Shown: one piece after another, positions 59,849 through 64,000 of the stretch
How the letters are laid out: each line of letters begins with the position of its first letter
Numbering within the stretch: position 1 is the stretch's first letter
From: Alphaproteobacteria bacterium
GTDB lineage: Bacteria; Pseudomonadota; Alphaproteobacteria; UBA2966
DNA length: 64,000 bases
Direction of reading: 5' to 3'
Assembly (NCBI GenBank): GCA_964291395.2
Contig: OZ219856.1
Location: 2,560,001-2,624,000, forward strand
Made by a program: the position numbers and the translations under genes
Notes under the pieces: model-generated
The model's input: the letters and a program-made list of their open reading frames with translations, nothing else
The model's database searches: none
Told to the model about the DNA's origin: nothing

Positions 59849-60721
59849 ATGGCGCTTGAGATCAGACCGACCGACGCGACCCTCGGCGCCGTCGTCCGCG
59901 GCGTTCGGCTCTCCTCCCTGGACGACGGCATGTTCCCCGACATCGAGCGCGCGTGGCATGACTTCGCCGTGCTGGTCTTTCCGGACCAGCATCTTTCCGA
60001 GGCGGACCAGATCGCCTTCAGCCGCCGCTTCGGGCCTTTGGAGCGCAGCCTCACCGCCAACAACGTTGGCGCCGACCCGGACATCATCGTGCTGTCCAAC
60101 GTCAAGGAGGACGGCAGCCTCTGGCCGGACGAGAGCGCGCATGGCCTGTTCCTGAAGGGCAACAACCATTGGCACACCGACAGTTCGTACAAACGCCTTC
60201 CGGCCAAGGGGTCCGCCTTGGCCGCAAGGATCGTGCCGGAGACCGGCGGCGAGACCGCGTTTGCCGACATGCGCGCGGCATATGACGCTCTCGACCCCGA
60301 GATGCGCACCTACCTCTCGGACAAGATCGCCGTGCACAGCTATGCGTACAGCCAGGGCAAGGTCGGCGGAACGAAAGCCCTGAGCCAAGCGGAATGGGAC
60401 GCGCTGCCGCCGGTCCGGCATCCCGTGATCCGGCGCCATCCGGAGACCCGGCGGCCGTGTCTCTATATCGGGCGCCATGCGAGCCATCTCGTCGGCGAAG
60501 ACGAGAGCGAGAGCCGCCGGCTGCTCGAGCGGCTGTGCGCGGAGGCGTGCCGGCCTCCTCGGATCTACACCCACCGATGGCGGGTTGGCGACTTGGTCCT
60601 GTGGGACAATCGCTGCGTTCTCCATCGTGGCCTCGGCCATCCGGGCGACCAGGCACGCCACATGACCCGCACCACCATCGCGGGCGATGGCGAGTCCAAC
60701 GAATGGCTGCTCTCCGCCTGA
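59849..60721 (+). CDS. TauD/TfdA family Fe(II)/2-oxoglutarate dioxygenase
   Basis: WHTDSS, GGETAFADM, HPVIR.HPET, WDNRCVLH, R.M.RTT. Confidence 0.93.
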   Translation: MALEIRPTDATLGAVVRGVRLSSLDDGMFPDIERAWHDFAVLVFPDQHLSEADQIAFSRRFGPLERSLTANNVGADPDIIVLSNVKEDGSLWPDESAHGLFLKGNNHWHTDSSYKRLPAKGSALAARIVPETGGETAFADMRAAYDALDPEMRTYLSDKIAVHSYAYSQGKVGGTKALSQAEWDALPPVRHPVIRRHPETRRPCLYIGRHASHLVGEDESESRRLLERLCAEACRPPRIYTHRWRVGDLVLWDNRCVLHRGLGHPGDQARHMTRTTIAGDGESNEWLLSA

Positions 60722-60758
60722 CACATCCGTTGCCGGGGAACCGAAGGCAGCGTTTGGT

Positions 60759-60917
60759 CACGCTTTCGCCGTGGAGCGCAATGTCGAGACCCGGGCTCTC
60801 CCGGTCTCCTTCGACGCGAAGGCCGGTCACGAGCCGGACGACCATCAACAGTATGAACGTGGCGATGGCGCAGTATCCGGCGGTGACGAGAACGCTGATG
60901 GCCTGGATCGCGACCTG
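60759..60917 (-). pseudogene. Orphan C-terminal fragment of an AmtB-type ammonium transporter
   Basis: QVAIQAISVLVTAGYCAIATFILLMVVRLVTGLRVEGDRESPGLDIALHGE matches the AmtB tail pattern GLRV..E..GLD...HGE. Confidence 0.8.
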
Positions 60918-61131
60918 GAACGTTGCCCTCGATGGCGCCCGGGACGCCGCCCGCGGCAAGCGCCGAGCCGGCGTTGAAGCCGAACCAGCCGACTTAGAGA
61001 CGCCCGGCAGGCGTTGTCTTGCGTGCGGGTTTGCGCTTGGGTTTGTGGACAATGGTGTCGGTGCGGGCTAGAAGGGTGTCGCTGTTTCGGGGTGTCCGGG
61101 ATGGTTGAGAGGATTTTGGAGGGGTGGAGCG

Positions 61132-61470
61132 ATGGATGTTGCGACGGAACGGCAGGACGACGTCTTGTCGGTCCTGGTGAGCGGTCGCATTGACGGTTCC
61201 AATGCTGCGGCGTTCGAGGAGTCGGTTAGAGCGGCGATTTCGGACAGCGACCGAGCGGTGATCATGGACCTTGAGAAGCTTTCTTATATCAGCAGCGCGG
61301 GTCTTCGTGTTTTGCTGATGATTGCCAAGAATCTTTCGGGTCGGGACGCCAAGCTGGCGCTTTGCGCCATGTCGGATCAGATTCGGGAGGTTATCGAGAT
61401 AAGCGGTTTCGACAAGATCATCCCGGTTCACCCGTCCAAGGCCGAGGCGCTTGCGTCCCTGGACGGCTGA
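61132..61470 (+). CDS. STAS-domain anti-sigma factor antagonist (RsbV/SpoIIAA-like)
   Basis: SGRID, DLEKLSYISSAGLRVLL (phospho-acceptor Ser motif), EISGF. Confidence 0.93.
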   Translation: MDVATERQDDVLSVLVSGRIDGSNAAAFEESVRAAISDSDRAVIMDLEKLSYISSAGLRVLLMIAKNLSGRDAKLALCAMSDQIREVIEISGFDKIIPVHPSKAEALASLDG

Positions 61471-61538
61471 TCTGGTGGGGTGGGCGTTTTCTGCGCCTTG
61501 TTTGTGGTTCTGGGTGCCGCGACGCGGGGGTCTGAGGG

Positions 61539-61961
61539 ATGGTCGCTGAGGTGTCCTTGCGCATGGGGGCGGCCCGGGAGGAGCTTCCGCGCGTACACGC
61601 GGCGCTTGAGGCGTTTGCGCGGGATGAGGGCTGGCCTTCTCGGCTTGAGTTTCAGATCAAGCTGGTCATCGAGGAGGTGGTCATGAACATCCTGAGTCAT
61701 GGGTACGAGGATGGCGGCGATCACGACATCCTGATCGAGCTTGCCTCGGATGCGGAGAAGATCGGCATCGAGATTGTCGACGACGGTCGCCCGTACGATC
61801 CTCTGACGGAGGCGCCGGCACCGGATACCGAGGCGTCTCTCGCGGACCGTCCCGTGGGCGGGCTAGGCGTGTATCTCGTATGCGCGTTGATGGACGAGGC
61901 CAGCTATCGGCGGGAGGACAACCTCAACCGCCTCGCCCTTACCAAACAAAAACCCGCGTAA
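61539..61961 (+). CDS. RsbW/SpoIIAB-like anti-sigma factor kinase
   Basis: LVIEEVVMNILSHGY, DDGRPYDP, DRPVGGLGVYLV, YRR...N. Confidence 0.92.
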   Translation: MVAEVSLRMGAAREELPRVHAALEAFARDEGWPSRLEFQIKLVIEEVVMNILSHGYEDGGDHDILIELASDAEKIGIEIVDDGRPYDPLTEAPAPDTEASLADRPVGGLGVYLVCALMDEASYRREDNLNRLALTKQKPA

Positions 61962-62252
61962 CCAGACGCCACCGGACCGGAACCGGTTCTTGCCGATCGG
62001 TATTCGAGGACGCCTGCCAGCTCGCGGCCTGCGCCAGGTGCAGCCGGCCATCAGGACGGGCCGCTTGCCGATCTCACAAAGTGGCGGGCACTGGCCGTCA
62101 GACGATATGACTCCCAATCGCGCGGGGGCGCCCCACGACGCATTCGCAATGAGGTAGACGCTCCTCGATTTTGCAACCTGCCGGATTGGCCGTATAGGCT
62201 GACGCACCCCGGCCCTGGCGGAGCGTCGAACGAGACGAGCAGGTACGCGAGC

Positions 62253-62753
62253 ATGACATCGAGCAAGACCCTGTATCTGGCGAACCCCTATGGGTTTTCC
62301 GCGCAGCAGCGCGGCGGGCCGCTGGCGGCGCTGGTGGCCGCCCTGGAAGCGATGGGTGCGGAGGTCTGGGAACCGTTCGCCCGCAACAACCAGATCGACC
62401 GGGCGAGCCCCGGCTGGGCCTACCGGATCGGCCAGGCCGACCTTCGCGACGTGCGCGATGCCGACGGGCTGTTCGCGGTGGTCAACGGCTGTCCTCCGGA
62501 CGAGGGGGTGATGGTGGAGCTCGGCATGGCGATCGCCTGGGGAAAGCCCGTGTTCCTGTTCCGTGACGATTTCCGCCGCTGCACCGACAGCGAGGCCTAT
62601 CCGCTGAACCTGATGGTGTTCACCGGCCTGCCGGAGACGGGCTGGGAGGCCTACTGGTACGACTCGGTCGAGGAGATCGCCGATCCCGGCAAGGCCCTCG
62701 CGCGGTGGCTGAACGGCGGGGTGCGCGGCCCTCGCCCCGACGCCGCCGGGTAG
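62253..62753 (+). CDS. Nucleoside 2-deoxyribosyltransferase family protein
   Basis: YLANPYGFS, WEPF, DEGVMVELGMA, NLM. Confidence 0.88.
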   Translation: MTSSKTLYLANPYGFSAQQRGGPLAALVAALEAMGAEVWEPFARNNQIDRASPGWAYRIGQADLRDVRDADGLFAVVNGCPPDEGVMVELGMAIAWGKPVFLFRDDFRRCTDSEAYPLNLMVFTGLPETGWEAYWYDSVEEIADPGKALARWLNGGVRGPRPDAAG

Positions 62754-62761
62754 GAGAGAAG

Positions 62762-64000
62762 CTACGTTTTTCGGGAGGCGAGGAAGCGCTCGTAACGGCT
62801 GACGCCCGCCAGGGCGCGTGCCACTTCCGGAATTTCATCGAACACGGGAATCCCCAATGCCAGGGCCTGGGTCCGGTCGGTACGTTTCCGCTCATCCGCC
62901 TCGGTGGAACCGTCCGAGCGCAGCACGAGCGCGAAATGAACATGCGCCTCCATCCGGGCCCGGACGTGCAAGGCGTTCTGGATGAGATTCTCGAGGATGT
63001 TGAAGCGTTGATCCGCCGAGCCGACGAACGACGCGATATTGAGATGCATCACGAGCGCATCCGAATCGCCCGAGGCATACGCCGCTTCCAGGATTTTCTC
63101 CACGATTCCCGCCCCTTCGACCCGAAGCGTCGAGCGTGGCGTGTCGATCGGGTTTTCGACGCTCGTCCCCGGCGGCAGGTTGAGATCGTCCAACGGCTTC
63201 CGCGTCTCCTCCGAGAAAGCGGGGACCGAGAGCCCCACCGATGAGAATATGTCGGTCCCCATGACACTGATTCCGCCGCCGTTGCCGAAGAGAACGACGT
63301 TTTCCGTGGGCTTTGACGGACGCGGCGTAAGCATCTGGAACGCGAGCAGGATATCCATGAACTCGTCGAGGGTGTCCGCCTGTACGAGACCCAACTGGCG
63401 GACCGCTGCCTGCCAGACGCGCTCGTCGCTGGCCATGGCGCCCGTGTGAGAGACCGCGGCGCGCTGACCTTCCCGGCTGCGCCCCCCGCGCAACAGGACG
63501 ACCGGCTTGGCCCCCGCGGCGGCGCGAAGAATATCGAAAAATCGGCGGCCGTCCTTGATGTCCTCCAGATATAGCCCCACCACTCCGGTGTCGGGATCGG
63601 CGAGGTAGAACTCCAGGAGATCGTTGGGGCCGATGTCCGCGCTGTTGCCGACGCTGACCAGGCTGCTGAAACGCACGCCGCGCTCGTTCCCGCGGCGAAT
63701 CATGTTCGTGCCGAGGCCTCCGCTCTGGGTCACGATGCCGACGGGCCCCGGTTCCGGCGAGACGCCTCCGACCCACGTGAGATGGCCCTTGGGACAATAG
63801 ATCCCGATGCAGTTCGGACCGACCAGCCGCGAGCCCCCGGCGCGGGCCGCCGCAACGATGTGGTCCTCGAGCTCCTTGCCCGCGACGGTCTCACCGAAGC
63901 CGCTGGACGACACCTGGGCGAACCGCACCTTGCCCCCGGCACCGGAGAGGAGACCGGGGATCGACCGTGCCGCCACCGAAATGTACGCGTAGTCCACGAT
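62762..64000 (-). CDS. ADP-forming acyl-CoA synthetase / CoA-binding protein; 5' end outside window
   Basis: SSGFGE, GPNCIG, TQSGG, SVGNSAD, LYLE, AAVSHTG, GNGGG, NPID. Confidence 0.9.
   Translation of the reverse strand: MVDYAYISVAARSIPGLLSGAGGKVRFAQVSSSGFGETVAGKELEDHIVAAARAGGSRLVGPNCIGIYCPKGHLTWVGGVSPEPGPVGIVTQSGGLGTNMIRRGNERGVRFSSLVSVGNSADIGPNDLLEFYLADPDTGVVGLYLEDIKDGRRFFDILRAAAGAKPVVLLRGGRSREGQRAAVSHTGAMASDERVWQAAVRQLGLVQADTLDEFMDILLAFQMLTPRPSKPTENVVLFGNGGGISVMGTDIFSSVGLSVPAFSEETRKPLDDLNLPPGTSVENPIDTPRSTLRVEGAGIVEKILEAAYASGDSDALVMHLNIASFVGSADQRFNILENLIQNALHVRARMEAHVHFALVLRSDGSTEADERKRTDRTQALALGIPVFDEIPEVARALAGVSRYERFLASRKT

Overview
GC-rich bacterial DNA, probably from a proteobacterium (inferred from gene content), dominated by transport and catabolic genes. 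No rRNA, tRNA, CRISPR array or transposase was recognised. From left to right the window holds: (1) a selenoneine biosynthesis cluster (oxidoreductase-SelD/SenC fusion, senB, senA, egtD); (2) a branched-chain amino-acid ABC operon, oxyR, a YbdK-like ligase, two Rieske oxygenases, a D-glutamate cyclase / hydantoinase B / amidase group, two secreted proteases, ppk2 and a sulfite dehydrogenase with its cytochrome c; (3) five toxin-antitoxin loci, three with broken toxins, plus several intergenic gene remnants; (4) ordinary polar amino-acid and peptide ABC operons. The strongest candidate for an undescribed system is at about 40.4-47.0 kb. There, a translationally coupled operon encodes a methyltransferase, a binding protein-permease fusion, a second permease and a HAMP-PP2C (RsbU-like) phosphatase. 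It has no ATPase gene and both permeases have lost the EAA coupling motif. It is flanked by an RsbW-like anti-sigma kinase and a second binding protein. This suggests an ABC transporter repurposed as a receptor for partner-switching signalling (inference). All calls come from reading motifs by eye; no database searches were run.
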